A stretch of DNA of 64,000 nt. It comes from Prochlorococcus sp. AG-321-E21. GTDB lineage: Bacteria > Cyanobacteriota > Cyanobacteriia > PCC-6307 > Cyanobiaceae. The stretch lies in NCBI GenBank assembly GCA_003283415.1, contig QBXH01000004.1:2777-66776 (forward strand), written 5' to 3'. This document shows, piece by piece, positions 1-10,001 of this stretch. Each line of letters opens with the position of its first letter. Position 1 is the stretch's first letter. A program made the position numbers and the translations under genes. Under the pieces are notes generated by a model that did no database searches, was not told where the DNA came from, and saw only the letters and a program-made list of their open reading frames with translations.

Positions 1-72
1 GAAATAAAATATTTAAAAATCTAAATTAATAAATTATCAAATAACACCTAGCTGAATGTAAGATAAATTTAT

Positions 73-144
73 GCCGGCTTAGCTCAGCGGTAGAGCAGCG
101 CTTTTGTAAAGCGAAGGTCATCAGTTCAAATCTGTTAGCCGGCA
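73..144 (+). tRNA. tRNA-Thr(UGU)
   Basis: Cloverleaf GCCGGCT...AGCCGGC-A; anticodon loop TT-TGT-AA; T-loop TTCAAAT. Confidence 0.95.
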
Positions 145-322
145 TTTTTAAAGTTCTATATTTAAATCTTTTTTTTTGTTGAGAACAAACAGCTAAAAAT
201 AAATAAAAGAAAAATTGGTAAAAATCTTATCTCCAATAGATTAGTTAAAAATGACGTTAAAGGCTCGAATATCCAGTAAGAAAATATTTGTATTAAAAAA
301 ATAAAAAAGAAAAGAAAAAGCA

Positions 323-904
323 TCACTCTATTTCAGAAATTGAGACCTCTCCTTCTCTTATTATTTCCCATTTCCCATGATGTACCCAAGATATTATTGT
401 ACTAGCCTTACCACTACATTTTTCCCAGGGAAGTGGTCCTAAAATATCCACATTAGGTAAATCAATCGAAACTTCTTTTGCATTAGTTGCTGTTGGCAAC
501 CCTGATAGATTTGCGCTTGAGGTTAGTAATGGTCCACTTTCATTTATGAGAAATTTGGCCATTTTTGAGTTTGGTATTCGTAAACCTAGTGTAAAGTTAC
601 TGCTTGAAGAAATTGATTTTCTTTTTTCAGAGATGGGAATTATGATTGTTAAAGGTCCTGGCCAATAATAAGAAGCAATATATTTGAAATCATCTAATGC
701 AGATTCATGAACAAAATCATCAAATTGAAAAGTTTCAGCTCCCATTAAAATTAAAGGTTTATTGATATCTCTTCTTTTTACCTTATAAATCATTTCTGAA
801 AACTTTGGTAAGCATCCAATCGCAGGTAAAGTATCAGTCTGGAAAACTATAGGTAAGCCTCTTTTTAGTTTTTTTAAAGCTAATTTTTGATCTATTACAT
901 TCAT
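323..904 (-). CDS. tsaC: L-threonylcarbamoyladenylate synthase (Sua5/YrdC family)
   Basis: TDT, KxR..KPL, WPGPLT and SSANLSG motifs. Confidence 0.9.
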   Translation of the reverse strand: MNVIDQKLALKKLKRGLPIVFQTDTLPAIGCLPKFSEMIYKVKRRDINKPLILMGAETFQFDDFVHESALDDFKYIASYYWPGPLTIIIPISEKRKSISSSSNFTLGLRIPNSKMAKFLINESGPLLTSSANLSGLPTATNAKEVSIDLPNVDILGPLPWEKCSGKASTIISWVHHGKWEIIREGEVSISEIE

Positions 905-912
905 TTAAATTA

Positions 913-1794
913 CTAACTAATAATTTCTTGATATCTTCCAATTGTAAATCTTCCAATCCCCGAAAAATCTTTTAATACTTTTACAGAAGTAAATCTATTT
1001 TCAAAAAATAATTGTTTAACTCTATCCCCTTGATCAAAGTGATTCTCAATCAATAACCATCCATTATCTTTTAAATACAAGTGTGCATATTTAACTATTT
1101 CATTAATATGATCTAAGCCTTCTTCTCCTCCTAAAAGAGCATTTTTAGGTTCGAAATTCTTAACCTCTATTGGTAATCCTTCATAATTATCTTGCGGAAT
1201 ATATGGAGGATTAGCAATAGCTAGATCTATCTCACCTTTGAAATTAAAAAGAGGATCCCACCAATTCCCACAATAAAATTTTAAATTAGATTGATTAGAA
1301 TTATTAGCAAAATTTCTCGATGCAATCTCAATAGCATTTTTATCTATATCAGTTGCAACTCCATTCCATCGTGGGTTCGATAATGCTAAAGCTATGCCAA
1401 TAGCACCTGAACCTGTTCCTAAATCAACATAGGTTATTTGTTCTTCCTTATTTTTAAATATTTCAGAAACTATTTCAATAATGAGTTCTGTTTCTGGGCG
1501 CGGAATAAGAACTTTATTAGAAACCTCTAGTTTGAGATCCCTCCAATAAGAAAAACCACTTAGATATTGAATAGGAGTAAATGTACTAAGATGTTTATCC
1601 CAGAAATATTCAAGCGAGTCTAAATCTAATTTTAATCTTAAATTTTTTTCTGATTTTATTTTAAGAAGACTTAACTCTTTTGTTGATAATCCGCCTAATA
1701 AATCGATTAAAAGGCTGAGTGATTTATTATCTCCTCCTTTTAAAATTTGTTTTTTTTTCCATACCGAAAAGTTTTCAGTAGAAATTACAAACAT
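913..1794 (-). CDS. prmC: Release factor glutamine methyltransferase
   Basis: LIPRPETE, DLGTGSG, NPPY motifs. Confidence 0.95.
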   Translation of the reverse strand: MFVISTENFSVWKKKQILKGGDNKSLSLLIDLLGGLSTKELSLLKIKSEKNLRLKLDLDSLEYFWDKHLSTFTPIQYLSGFSYWRDLKLEVSNKVLIPRPETELIIEIVSEIFKNKEEQITYVDLGTGSGAIGIALALSNPRWNGVATDIDKNAIEIASRNFANNSNQSNLKFYCGNWWDPLFNFKGEIDLAIANPPYIPQDNYEGLPIEVKNFEPKNALLGGEEGLDHINEIVKYAHLYLKDNGWLLIENHFDQGDRVKQLFFENRFTSVKVLKDFSGIGRFTIGRYQEIIS

Positions 1795-1806
1795 TAAATG
1801 GGTTAC

Positions 1807-1959
1807 TTAGCGTTTTGGGCCGAGTTTACCTTTACTAGAATCTGAATAAAAGCTTGATTTTTCTCCATCTTGGGTGGAAATAAACAAGCCAATTAAAAAA
1901 ATAGTTGGCACTCCTACAAAAAGAAGACTTGCTACGAAACCAAAATTTGTTGTTTCCAT
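1807..1959 (-). CDS. psbM: Photosystem II protein M (50 aa; not in ORF track)
   Basis: Manual translation METTNFGFVASLLFVGVPTIFLIGLFIST... Confidence 0.92.
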   Translation of the reverse strand: METTNFGFVASLLFVGVPTIFLIGLFISTQDGEKSSFYSDSSKGKLGPKR

Positions 1960-2061
1960 TTAAAAATACAAACTTAATAATACTAAGACTATAGACATTT
2001 AAATGGAAGTTAAGTGGAAATATCAGTAATTCATACTAACTCATTAACAGTCTTAAACAAT

Positions 2062-2424
2062 TTATCTGGGTAATTTTTTATTTTCAGCAAGTTTTTTTAA
2101 ATCTTTCAAATTTGGAGGAGGAGATTGAGGTTTAGTAAGTATTATCACAGATAACTTTATTAGGGTTTGACAGGCAAGCCTCCAGTTATCAGGTCTAGTT
2201 TTGAGTTTTTCCTCTTCAACTGCAGTAATGGGACTAAGCGAATTTACCGTTCCACCTTCAATAGAAACAAAACATGTACTACATTGACCAACTCCTCCGC
2301 AATTTCCCAATAATCCCTTTAACCCATAGAGTTGTAATTTTTCTTTAATTATTAGCTCTCTTAAATTTTCTCCAGGTTTACATTGGATGTCCACACCTTC
2401 TCGGATAAATCTGATAGTTGTCAT
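2062..2424 (-). CDS. 2Fe-2S ferredoxin-like protein
   Basis: NCGGVGQCSTC ... RLACQ cysteine pattern. Confidence 0.9.
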   Translation of the reverse strand: MTTIRFIREGVDIQCKPGENLRELIIKEKLQLYGLKGLLGNCGGVGQCSTCFVSIEGGTVNSLSPITAVEEEKLKTRPDNWRLACQTLIKLSVIILTKPQSPPPNLKDLKKLAENKKLPR

Positions 2425-2648
2425 TTTTTTTTGTTATTTTTTATTATTTTGGCGCGTTACCTTGAGAATTGTGACCAAAATATTAACATATTTTAGTTAA
2501 AAATTCCCTTAAAATTTAATGATATTAAGGGATCTGGCCAGTTTTACAAAGAAAATTAATTTATTTACAAAACTCTCTCAAAGCCACAAAAAACCCTAAT
2601 ATCATGATGTTTAGCTGTTCATTCAGCATCGTTACAAGAATTTAACCG

Positions 2649-4172
2649 ATGGGATTGCCTTGGTATCGAGTTCACACAGTAGTTATCAACGACCCCGGTC
2701 GACTACTAGCTGTGCATCTCATGCATACTGCATTATTAGCCGGCTGGGCCGGTTCAATGGCTTTATATGAATTAGCCATTTTTGATCCTTCTGACGCTGT
2801 TCTCAATCCAATGTGGAGACAGGGGATGTACGTCATGCCATTTATGGCAAGATTAGGAATCACGAGTAGTTGGAACGGATGGGATATTACTGGTGCTACC
2901 GGAGTTGATCCAGGATTTTGGAGCTTTGAAGGTGTTGCCGCAGCCCACATTGTTTTTAGTGGACTTTTAATGCTTGCCTCAATCTGGCATTGGACTTATT
3001 GGGATTTAGATTTATGGGAAGACGAAAGAACAGGAGAACCAGCTCTTGATCTTCCAAGAATATTTGGAATTCATCTTCTTTTAGCTGGAATTACTTGCTT
3101 TGGATTCGGTGCTTTTCACTGTGCAAATGTCGGCATTTGGGTTTCAGATCCTTATGGTTTAACAGGACATGTAGAACCTGTTGCGCCATCATGGGGAGCT
3201 GATGGATTTAATCCATTCAATCCTGGTGGAATAGTTGCAAATCACATTGCAGCTGGACTTCTTGGAATTATAGGTGGAATTTTTCACATAACTAATAGAC
3301 CAGGTGAGAGGCTCTACAAAGCATTAAGGCTAGGAAGCTTAGAAGGAGTTTTAGCAAGCGCTTTAGCAGCTGTCCTTTTTGTATCTTTTGTTGTCGCTGG
3401 AACAATGTGGTACGGATCTGCTACGACTCCTGTGGAATTATTTGGTCCTACAAGATATCAATGGGACTCTGGATACTTCAAAACTGAAATCAATAGAAGA
3501 GTTCAATCAGCTATTGATAATGGAGCGACTAGGGAAGAAGCATATGCTGCAATTCCTGAAAAACTTGCATTCTATGACTATGTAGGAAATAGCCCCGCGA
3601 AAGGAGGATTGTTTAGGGTTGGAGCTCTAGTAAATGGAGATGGATTACCTACAGGATGGCAGGGGCATACTGTATTTACCGATAAAGAGGGTAATGATTT
3701 AGAAGTTAGAAGAATACCTAATTTCTTTGAAAATTTCCCTGTTATTCTCGAAGATAAACAAGGTAACGTAAGAGCTGATATCCCATTTAGAAGAGCTGAA
3801 GCAAAGTATTCTTTTGAACAAACTGGTATCACAGCCACTATTTACGGAGGTGATCTCAATGGTCAAACATTTACTGATCCAGCTGTGGTTAAAAGATTAG
3901 CCCGTAAAGCACAACTTGGTGAAGCATTTAAGTTTGATAGAGAAACTTATAAATCTGATGGTGTTTTCCGTAGTTCTCCAAGAGCTTGGTTTACATATGC
4001 ACATTTATGCTTCGGACTATTATTCCTATTCGGTCACTGGTGGCATGCCTCTAGAACCCTTTACAAGGATAGGTTCGCTGGTATTGACGCTGAGATAGGA
4101 GATCAAGTTGAGTTTGGTCTCTTCAAGAAACTTGGTGACGAAACCACTAGAAGAATCCCAGGAAGGGTTTAA
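2649..4172 (+). CDS. psbB: Photosystem II CP47
   Basis: [20 protein letters not shown]-terminus; full length. Confidence 0.99.
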   Translation: MGLPWYRVHTVVINDPGRLLAVHLMHTALLAGWAGSMALYELAIFDPSDAVLNPMWRQGMYVMPFMARLGITSSWNGWDITGATGVDPGFWSFEGVAAAHIVFSGLLMLASIWHWTYWDLDLWEDERTGEPALDLPRIFGIHLLLAGITCFGFGAFHCANVGIWVSDPYGLTGHVEPVAPSWGADGFNPFNPGGIVANHIAAGLLGIIGGIFHITNRPGERLYKALRLGSLEGVLASALAAVLFVSFVVAGTMWYGSATTPVELFGPTRYQWDSGYFKTEINRRVQSAIDNGATREEAYAAIPEKLAFYDYVGNSPAKGGLFRVGALVNGDGLPTGWQGHTVFTDKEGNDLEVRRIPNFFENFPVILEDKQGNVRADIPFRRAEAKYSFEQTGITATIYGGDLNGQTFTDPAVVKRLARKAQLGEAFKFDRETYKSDGVFRSSPRAWFTYAHLCFGLLFLFGHWWHASRTLYKDRFAGIDAEIGDQVEFGLFKKLGDETTRRIPGRV

Positions 4173-4195
4173 ATTAAACATTATTATTTTTTCTC

Positions 4196-4294
4196 ATGGA
4201 AGCTTTTGCTTACGTTCTTATCTTAACTCTCGCAGTTGTTACTTTATTTTTTGCAGTCGCTTTTAGAGATCCACCTAAATTCGATAGGAAGTAA
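4196..4294 (+). CDS. psbT: Photosystem II protein T (32 aa; not in ORF track)
   Basis: Manual translation [32 protein letters not shown] directly after psbB. Confidence 0.95.
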   Translation: MEAFAYVLILTLAVVTLFFAVAFRDPPKFDRK

Positions 4295-4300
4295 AGTTAG

Positions 4301-4340
4301 AAAAAAAATCCCTTTTAGATTTTAAGAGGGATTTTTTTTA
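4301..4340 (+). terminator. Intrinsic terminator of psbB-psbT
   Basis: AAAAAAAATCCCTTTT...AAGAGGGATTTTTTTT hairpin plus T-tract. Confidence 0.8.
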
Positions 4341-4403
4341 ACTACTTTTCATAATCGTGATATTAACCTACTATTAGAGTAAAAGTTTGTATTAATTCAC
4401 TAT

Positions 4404-4883
4404 ATGCAGTGTCCAACCTGTCAAAATACAGATAGCAGAGTTTTAGAATCAAGATCTGCTGATACTGGGAAAAGTGTCAGAAGAAGAAGAGAGTGTTTAA
4501 ATTGCAGCTTTAGATTTACCACGTATGAAAGAGTTGAAACAATGCCAATTTCTGTTCTTAAAAAAGATGGAAGTAGAGAATTATTTAACAAAGATAAATT
4601 AGTTACTGGTATTTCAAGAGCATGCGAAAAAACAACATTTTCGAGAGATGCGATTATTAATTTTGTTGATTCAATTGAATCGCAAATAATACAAGACTCA
4701 AATAAAGATATTAAATCTTCTCTCATTGGAGAATTAATTCTTAAAGGCTTAAGGAAAGAAAACGAAGTTGCTTATATAAGATATGCATCAGTCTATAGAA
4801 AGTTTAATGGGGTAAAAGACTTTGTTTCCACTCTAGAATCTTTAAAAGGTAGTTCAAAAAATGAATTAGCTTCAATTTTATAA
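4404..4883 (+). CDS. nrdR: Transcriptional repressor NrdR
   Basis: CPxC..RRRREC..C zinc ribbon, RFTTYE, ATP cone, AYIRYASVY. Confidence 0.97.
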   Translation: MQCPTCQNTDSRVLESRSADTGKSVRRRRECLNCSFRFTTYERVETMPISVLKKDGSRELFNKDKLVTGISRACEKTTFSRDAIINFVDSIESQIIQDSNKDIKSSLIGELILKGLRKENEVAYIRYASVYRKFNGVKDFVSTLESLKGSSKNELASIL

Positions 4884-4986
4884 ATTCTGCATATTAAAGT
4901 GTAGAATATTAAATGCACTATGCTCTTTAGTTTGCAGGCTAAAAGCATTCCTTTCTAACCATCTATGGTGGTCTGCGTTTTAACAA

Positions 4987-6078
4987 ATGATTGAAAACCC
5001 TTCCCAAAAAGTAAAAGAAATTTCAGACCAAGAAGGAATTGAAAACTCAATTATAGAAGAAAATACTTCAGAAACTCCAAAAGAAGAAAATTTATCATAT
5101 AACGCGAAAGATATTCCCTCTGCAGATTCTTCTTCAAGCAGACGAAATAGCGATTTGGATACCGCAGGATTTACTCAAGAAGAGTTTGCCTCACTATTAG
5201 GAAAATATGACTATAACTTTAAACCTGGCGATCTTGTAAAAGGTACGGTTTTTGCTCTAGAGCCTAAAGGAGCCATGATAGATATAGGAGCTAAGACTGC
5301 GGCTTTTATGCCTATGCAAGAAGTTTCTATAAATAGAGTTGAAGGACTTAGTGATGTTTTACAACCTTCAGAAAGTCGAGAATTTTTTATAATGAGCGAG
5401 GAGAATGAAGATGGCCAGTTAGCTTTATCAATCAGAAGGATAGAATACCAAAGAGCGTGGGAAAGAGTAAGGCAATTACAAAAAGAAGATGCAACTATAT
5501 ATTCTGAAGTTTTTGCTACTAATAGAGGTGGGGCATTAGTTAGAGTTGAAGGGTTGAGAGGCTTTATACCAGGATCTCATATTAGTGCCAAAAAAATAAA
5601 AGAAGATTTGGAAGGGGAATATTTACCCTTGAAATTTCTTGAGGTAGATGAAGAAAGAAACAGATTAGTTTTAAGTCATAGAAGGGCCTTAGTTGAGAAA
5701 AAAATGAATAGACTTGAAGTCGGAGAAGTTGTTATAGGTTCCGTTAAGGGAATAAAACCTTATGGAGCTTTTATTGATATCGGGGGTGTAAGTGGTCTTC
5801 TTCATATTTCAGAAATTAGTCACGAACATATTGAAACACCTCATAATGTTTTAAATGTAAATGATCAAATGAAGGTAATGATTATAGACTTAGATTCCGA
5901 GAGAGGAAGAATATCTTTATCAACCAAAGCTCTAGAACCTGAACCAGGGGATATGCTTACTGACCCACAAAAAGTTTTTAATAAAGCTGAAGAAATGGCT
6001 GCAAAATATAAGCAAATGTTACTTGAGCAAACTGATGAGAACGAAGAACAACCAACAGAAATTACAGAAAACGTATAA
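4987..6078 (+). CDS. rpsA: 30S ribosomal protein S1 (cyanobacterial three-domain form)
   Basis: Three S1 repeats, GLLHISEIS. Confidence 0.95.
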   Translation: MIENPSQKVKEISDQEGIENSIIEENTSETPKEENLSYNAKDIPSADSSSSRRNSDLDTAGFTQEEFASLLGKYDYNFKPGDLVKGTVFALEPKGAMIDIGAKTAAFMPMQEVSINRVEGLSDVLQPSESREFFIMSEENEDGQLALSIRRIEYQRAWERVRQLQKEDATIYSEVFATNRGGALVRVEGLRGFIPGSHISAKKIKEDLEGEYLPLKFLEVDEERNRLVLSHRRALVEKKMNRLEVGEVVIGSVKGIKPYGAFIDIGGVSGLLHISEISHEHIETPHNVLNVNDQMKVMIIDLDSERGRISLSTKALEPEPGDMLTDPQKVFNKAEEMAAKYKQMLLEQTDENEEQPTEITENV

Positions 6079-6216
6079 ACTCTTATTTTTAACTTATTCT
6101 TAACCTAACAAACATATCAATTCTAGATTGCAAATTATGGTAATTTAAGCTTCATTACTATTGATTTTTATTTACGATTTAATTTAAGATTAGATTTATT
6201 TTTTAATAATTTATAA

Positions 6217-7458
6217 ATGAGTGATTTTATTTTTACTTCTGAATCTGTAACAGAAGGTCATCCTGACAAGATATGTGATCAAATCAGTGACGCTGTTTTA
6301 GATGCTTTACTGACTGAAGATCCACAAAGTAGAGTAGCCTGCGAAACAGTGGTCAACACTGGTCTTTGCTTACTTACTGGTGAAATAACCTCTAGGGCAA
6401 AGCTCGACTATATAAAACTTGTCAGGCAAGTAATTAAAGAAATTGGATATGAAGGTTCAAAAGCGGGAGGCTTTGACTCAAATAGCTGTGCCGTTTTAGT
6501 AGCTCTTGATGAGCAATCACCTGATATTTCCCAAGGGGTAAATGAAGCAGATGATGCTAATGAGGATTTAGAAAACAATATTGGAGCTGGTGACCAAGGG
6601 ATAATGTTTGGTTATGCATGTGATGAGACACCTGAATTAATGCCATTACCAATTAGCTTGGCTCATAGATTAGCAATACAACTTGCCAAAGTAAGACATG
6701 AAAAAATTCTTGATTATCTTCTCCCTGATGGAAAAACTCAAGTAAGTATTGATTACAAAAAAGGGATCCCAGTCTCAATAAACACCATTTTAATTTCTAC
6801 TCAGCATACGGCTGAGATTGATGGACTTACAAATGAAGACGAAATACGTCAAAAAATAAAAGAAGATTTATGGATTAATGTTGTATTACCAGCAACAAAA
6901 GATTTAGAAATCAAACCAACAAGTCAAAAGACAAGATTCTTGGTAAATCCCACAGGTAAATTTGTTGTAGGAGGACCTCAAGGCGATGCAGGACTTACTG
7001 GCAGGAAAATAATTGTAGATACTTATGGAGGATATGCAAGACATGGAGGTGGTGCATTCTCTGGTAAAGATCCTACTAAAGTTGATAGATCAGCTGCATA
7101 TGCGGCACGTTATGTAGCTAAAAGTATTGTTAAAGCAAAATTAGCAAAAAAGGCAGAGGTACAATTAAGTTATGCAATTGGTGTTGCTAAACCAATTTCA
7201 ATTCTTGTTGAAACTTTTGGTACTGGTATTATTTCTCAAGAAAATTTGAAAGAACTAATTAAAAACAACTTTGATTTAAGGCCTGCAGCAATAATAAAAG
7301 AATTTGATTTAATAAACCTACCAAAAAGAATGGGTGGGGATTTTTACAAGAAGACTGCGTCTTATGGACACTTTGGTAGAAATGATCTAAAGCTTCCTTG
7401 GGAAAATGTAAAAGAAAAAGCAGCACAATTAGTAGCGGCTTCCAAGGACCTTTTATAA
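6217..7458 (+). CDS. metK: S-adenosylmethionine synthetase
   Basis: [28 protein letters not shown]. Confidence 0.99.
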   Translation: MSDFIFTSESVTEGHPDKICDQISDAVLDALLTEDPQSRVACETVVNTGLCLLTGEITSRAKLDYIKLVRQVIKEIGYEGSKAGGFDSNSCAVLVALDEQSPDISQGVNEADDANEDLENNIGAGDQGIMFGYACDETPELMPLPISLAHRLAIQLAKVRHEKILDYLLPDGKTQVSIDYKKGIPVSINTILISTQHTAEIDGLTNEDEIRQKIKEDLWINVVLPATKDLEIKPTSQKTRFLVNPTGKFVVGGPQGDAGLTGRKIIVDTYGGYARHGGGAFSGKDPTKVDRSAAYAARYVAKSIVKAKLAKKAEVQLSYAIGVAKPISILVETFGTGIISQENLKELIKNNFDLRPAAIIKEFDLINLPKRMGGDFYKKTASYGHFGRNDLKLPWENVKEKAAQLVAASKDLL

Positions 7459-7462
7459 ATTC

Positions 7463-8695
7463 ATGCCTGATGAATTTTTTGGGGGGTTGGATTTTGGGAC
7501 TAGCGGTGCAAGAATATCCATAATTAATTTTAAAAAAAAATTAAAATATTCGAATTCAGTTACTTATCAATATGGTTTTAAAAATCCAAATTCTTGGATC
7601 AATTCTTGTGAAAAACTTCTAGAAAGTTTACCTCTTGACATAAAAAATAAAATTGTTAGTTTGGCAATCTCAGGTACCTCTGGGACTTTAACAGCTTGTA
7701 ATTTAAAAGGGGAACCGATTGGAGAAGCAATACCTTATAACCATGCGTGTAAGGAAAATAAAACTCTTATTGAATCGATCACTCTTGGAGAAGATCATTT
7801 ACAAACTCCATACAGTAGTCTTGCTAAAGCATTAAAACTAATTGATAAATTTGGAGTAAATATTCTTTTAAGACATCAATCCGACTTTATAACTGGCTGG
7901 TTTTTGAAAGATTGGACATATGGAGAAGAGGGCAATAATATCAAACTTGGTTGGGATTTAATCAAAGAATCATGGCCCACAGGTTATCTCAATACTTCAT
8001 GGCAAAAATGCTTACCTCTAATAATTAAAAGTGGAAAAATCTTGGGCCAAATCGATGCCGACTTAGCAGAAAGGTTCAAACTAAATAAGAAAATTTTTTT
8101 AGTCTCAGGGACTACTGATTCAAATGCAGCTTTTTTAGCGGCAGGATTAGGAAAAGAGGAAGGCCTAACAGTTTTAGGGACCACAATTGTAGTTAAAAAA
8201 ATTAATAAAACCCCAATCAAAGAAAAGGGGATTACAACCCATCGAGTAAGTGAAGAATGGATATGTGGGGGAGCATCAAATGCTGGCTGTGGAATTTTAT
8301 CTAAATTTTTTTCTGATATAGAAATAAAAGAACTTAGCAAACAAATAAATACATCAAAAGAAACTTCCCTAAATCTTTTGCCACTTAATAGTAGGGGTGA
8401 AAGATTTCCTGTTAATAATCCTTTTTTGGAGCCCATTCTTAGCCCTAGGCCAGTAAGCGACTCACTTTACTTACATGCATTATTTGAGGGGTTAGCAAGA
8501 ATTGAATTAAAATGTTGGGGAAAACTATATGAGCTGACAGGTTCACTTCCAAAAAGAATTATTACTACTGGTGGAGGTTCAAAAAATCCTCAGTGGAGAG
8601 CAATTAGAGAACGGATTATTAATATCCCTATAGTTTCATGTAAAAAAACGACTTCATTTGGGACAGCTTTATTAGCAATTGATGCAAAAAAATAG
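7463..8695 (+). CDS. FGGY-family carbohydrate kinase
   Basis: GLDFGTSG, GTTDS, GGGSKN motifs. Confidence 0.9.
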   Translation: MPDEFFGGLDFGTSGARISIINFKKKLKYSNSVTYQYGFKNPNSWINSCEKLLESLPLDIKNKIVSLAISGTSGTLTACNLKGEPIGEAIPYNHACKENKTLIESITLGEDHLQTPYSSLAKALKLIDKFGVNILLRHQSDFITGWFLKDWTYGEEGNNIKLGWDLIKESWPTGYLNTSWQKCLPLIIKSGKILGQIDADLAERFKLNKKIFLVSGTTDSNAAFLAAGLGKEEGLTVLGTTIVVKKINKTPIKEKGITTHRVSEEWICGGASNAGCGILSKFFSDIEIKELSKQINTSKETSLNLLPLNSRGERFPVNNPFLEPILSPRPVSDSLYLHALFEGLARIELKCWGKLYELTGSLPKRIITTGGGSKNPQWRAIRERIINIPIVSCKKTTSFGTALLAIDAKK

Positions 8696-8786
8696 ATTTC
8701 ATTCATAAATCTTTAATCAAGTTATAAAATTTTTAGGAAAAGGGTTTCACAAACTACACATCTTAATTTAGAGTATATACGTTAGA

Positions 8787-8859
8787 GCCGGGATAGCTCA
8801 GTTGGTAGAGCAGGCGACTGAAAATCGCCGTGTCCCCAGTTCAAATCTGGGTCCTGGCA
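8787..8859 (+). tRNA. tRNA-Phe(GAA); integration target
   Basis: Cloverleaf; anticodon arm GGCGA-CTGAAAA-TCGCC. Confidence 0.98.
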
Positions 8860-8863
8860 CCTT
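8840..8863 (+). repeat. att core, tRNA-side copy (attL)
   Basis: TTCAAATCTGGGTCCTGGCACCTT identical to 14161-14184. Confidence 0.97.
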
Positions 8864-8881
8864 CCATTATGGAATTAAATG

Positions 8882-8904
8882 AGCATCTTTAGGGGTGCTT
8901 TTTT
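8882..8904 (+). terminator. Element-supplied terminator downstream of tRNA-Phe
   Basis: AGCATCT-TTAGG-GGTGCT then T-tract; homologous to 14203-14225. Confidence 0.8.
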
Positions 8905-8997
8905 AATGCCTAGATGCAGTCATAATAGTACTTTAGGTATGGTTAATATCAAAACCCATACAGAGCATTTAAGACGCCTCTGAGAGGCATTTTATTG

Positions 8998-9063
8998 GTA
9001 TGGAACTGGTATGGAACTTTACAATAATCCTGTAACGACCTATACGCCACAAAAGTTCCATAC
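8998..9063. repeat. GTATGGAAC repeats at left end (putative integrase arm sites)
   Basis: Direct copies 8998-9006 and 9009-9017; inverted copy AAAGTTCCATAC 9052-9063. Confidence 0.8.
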
Positions 9064-9189
9064 TTTCCTTTATTTTCCTTCAACCCCACAGAGTTAGAAA
9101 TATATTGGAAATTTTTCATAGAGAAATTGAATGAAAAGTCCGTTTTCCATCTCTCTCTCATTTGGTTGCCTCTGGAGGTCAATAGTATC

Positions 9190-9229
9190 TAAAAAATAAG
9201 GTTCCACCTCGTGATGAGATGGAACCCTG
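9190..9229 (-). terminator. Intrinsic terminator of the cargo cassette
   Basis: GGTTCCA...TGGAACC stem with minus-strand T-tract, just after the 122-aa ORF. Confidence 0.7.
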
Positions 9230-9254
9230 CTTTATAAAATTAAAGACCCTTTAC

Positions 9255-9623
9255 TTAAGCAAAGATCTTTATCTCTAAGTTATCAAGCATTTCTTTATAA
9301 CTGTCTGCATCCCATTCAACAGCATTAATGAACTCTTCATCATCTTTACTACCTTCATAGAAATCAAAGGCATTATCTAATATTTCTGGTACCCAATTCT
9401 TAAATTCAACAAGATCCTTTATTTCATATAATCCATCTTTATTTTCTTGGCATTGACCAAGTTCCGAAGAGTATTCTTCAAGAGCATCTTCAATTTCTGA
9501 TGCCTCCTCATCTCCACCTCTTCTTCTATCTTGAAGGGTTTCTAACTCCTCAGAAATCTCACTTAATATAAAGTCCATTTCATCCTGAGATAATAGAAGT
9601 TTAGGAGTTGCTGTAATAGTCAT
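9255..9623 (-). CDS. Highly acidic small hypothetical protein (possible DNA mimic)
   Basis: 122 aa; 36 D/E versus 10 K/R by hand count; ATG start and own terminator. Confidence 0.8.
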   Translation of the reverse strand: MTITATPKLLLSQDEMDFILSEISEELETLQDRRRGGDEEASEIEDALEEYSSELGQCQENKDGLYEIKDLVEFKNWVPEILDNAFDFYEGSKDDEEFINAVEWDADSYKEMLDNLEIKIFA

Positions 9624-9629
9624 AATAAA

Positions 9630-9661
9630 ATTGATTGATGATTGATTGATGATTGATTGAT
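9630..9661. repeat. Tandem repeat (ATTGATTGATG)x3
   Basis: 11-bp unit filling most of the spacer between the two cargo ORFs. Confidence 0.9.
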
Positions 9662-9876
9662 TAAGGGTTGGTAGTAGTGAAACGAAAAATGTCTTCTATT
9701 TGCTCTATTACTGCTGGCGTAAGAGTTACTCCTCTGTCATAAACGAAACTGAAACAATGACCTGTTGTCATTGGTCTTACACCATTTGGATTTTTCCAGT
9801 TTTCAATGTAATCAACGAGTGCTAATGAATGACTGGTTGTAAAAAGACCTTCTAGTTTGTTGGTTGTAAAAGTCAT
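9661..9876 (-). CDS. Hypothetical protein (71 aa from ATG at 9876)
   Basis: Co-oriented ORF with the same ATTATGACT start context as the next gene. Confidence 0.7.
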   Translation of the reverse strand: MTFTTNKLEGLFTTSHSLALVDYIENWKNPNGVRPMTTGHCFSFVYDRGVTLTPAVIEQIEDIFRFTTTNP

Positions 9877-10001
9877 AATCAAATAAAAATAATGAATGTT
9901 TTTTGTAATTTTGTAAGAGAAATTACTACTCTTTTTTTAATGCTTTTGGAACTTGGTTGAGGACTGGTTGAGATGCTTTCCTCCCGTCGTTTCCATACCT
10001 A

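Noticed and set aside
73-144. tRNA-Thr (and likewise tRNA-CAU, tRNA-Arg) as further integration sites
   Set aside because: No duplicated tRNA fragments or foreign genes seen next to them within the window.
8927-8940. AGTACTTTAGGTAT as a cyanobacterial LexA box
   Set aside because: Spacing and second half-site do not fit RGTAC-N4-GTWC, and it is not at a promoter.
8949-9182. 77-aa minus-strand ORF at the element's left end
   Set aside because: TTG start, lies downstream of the cassette terminator and runs across the arm repeats; probably non-coding att-arm DNA.
8998-9972. Short repeats as a CRISPR array
   Set aside because: Units are 8-11 bp with no unique spacers and no cas genes.
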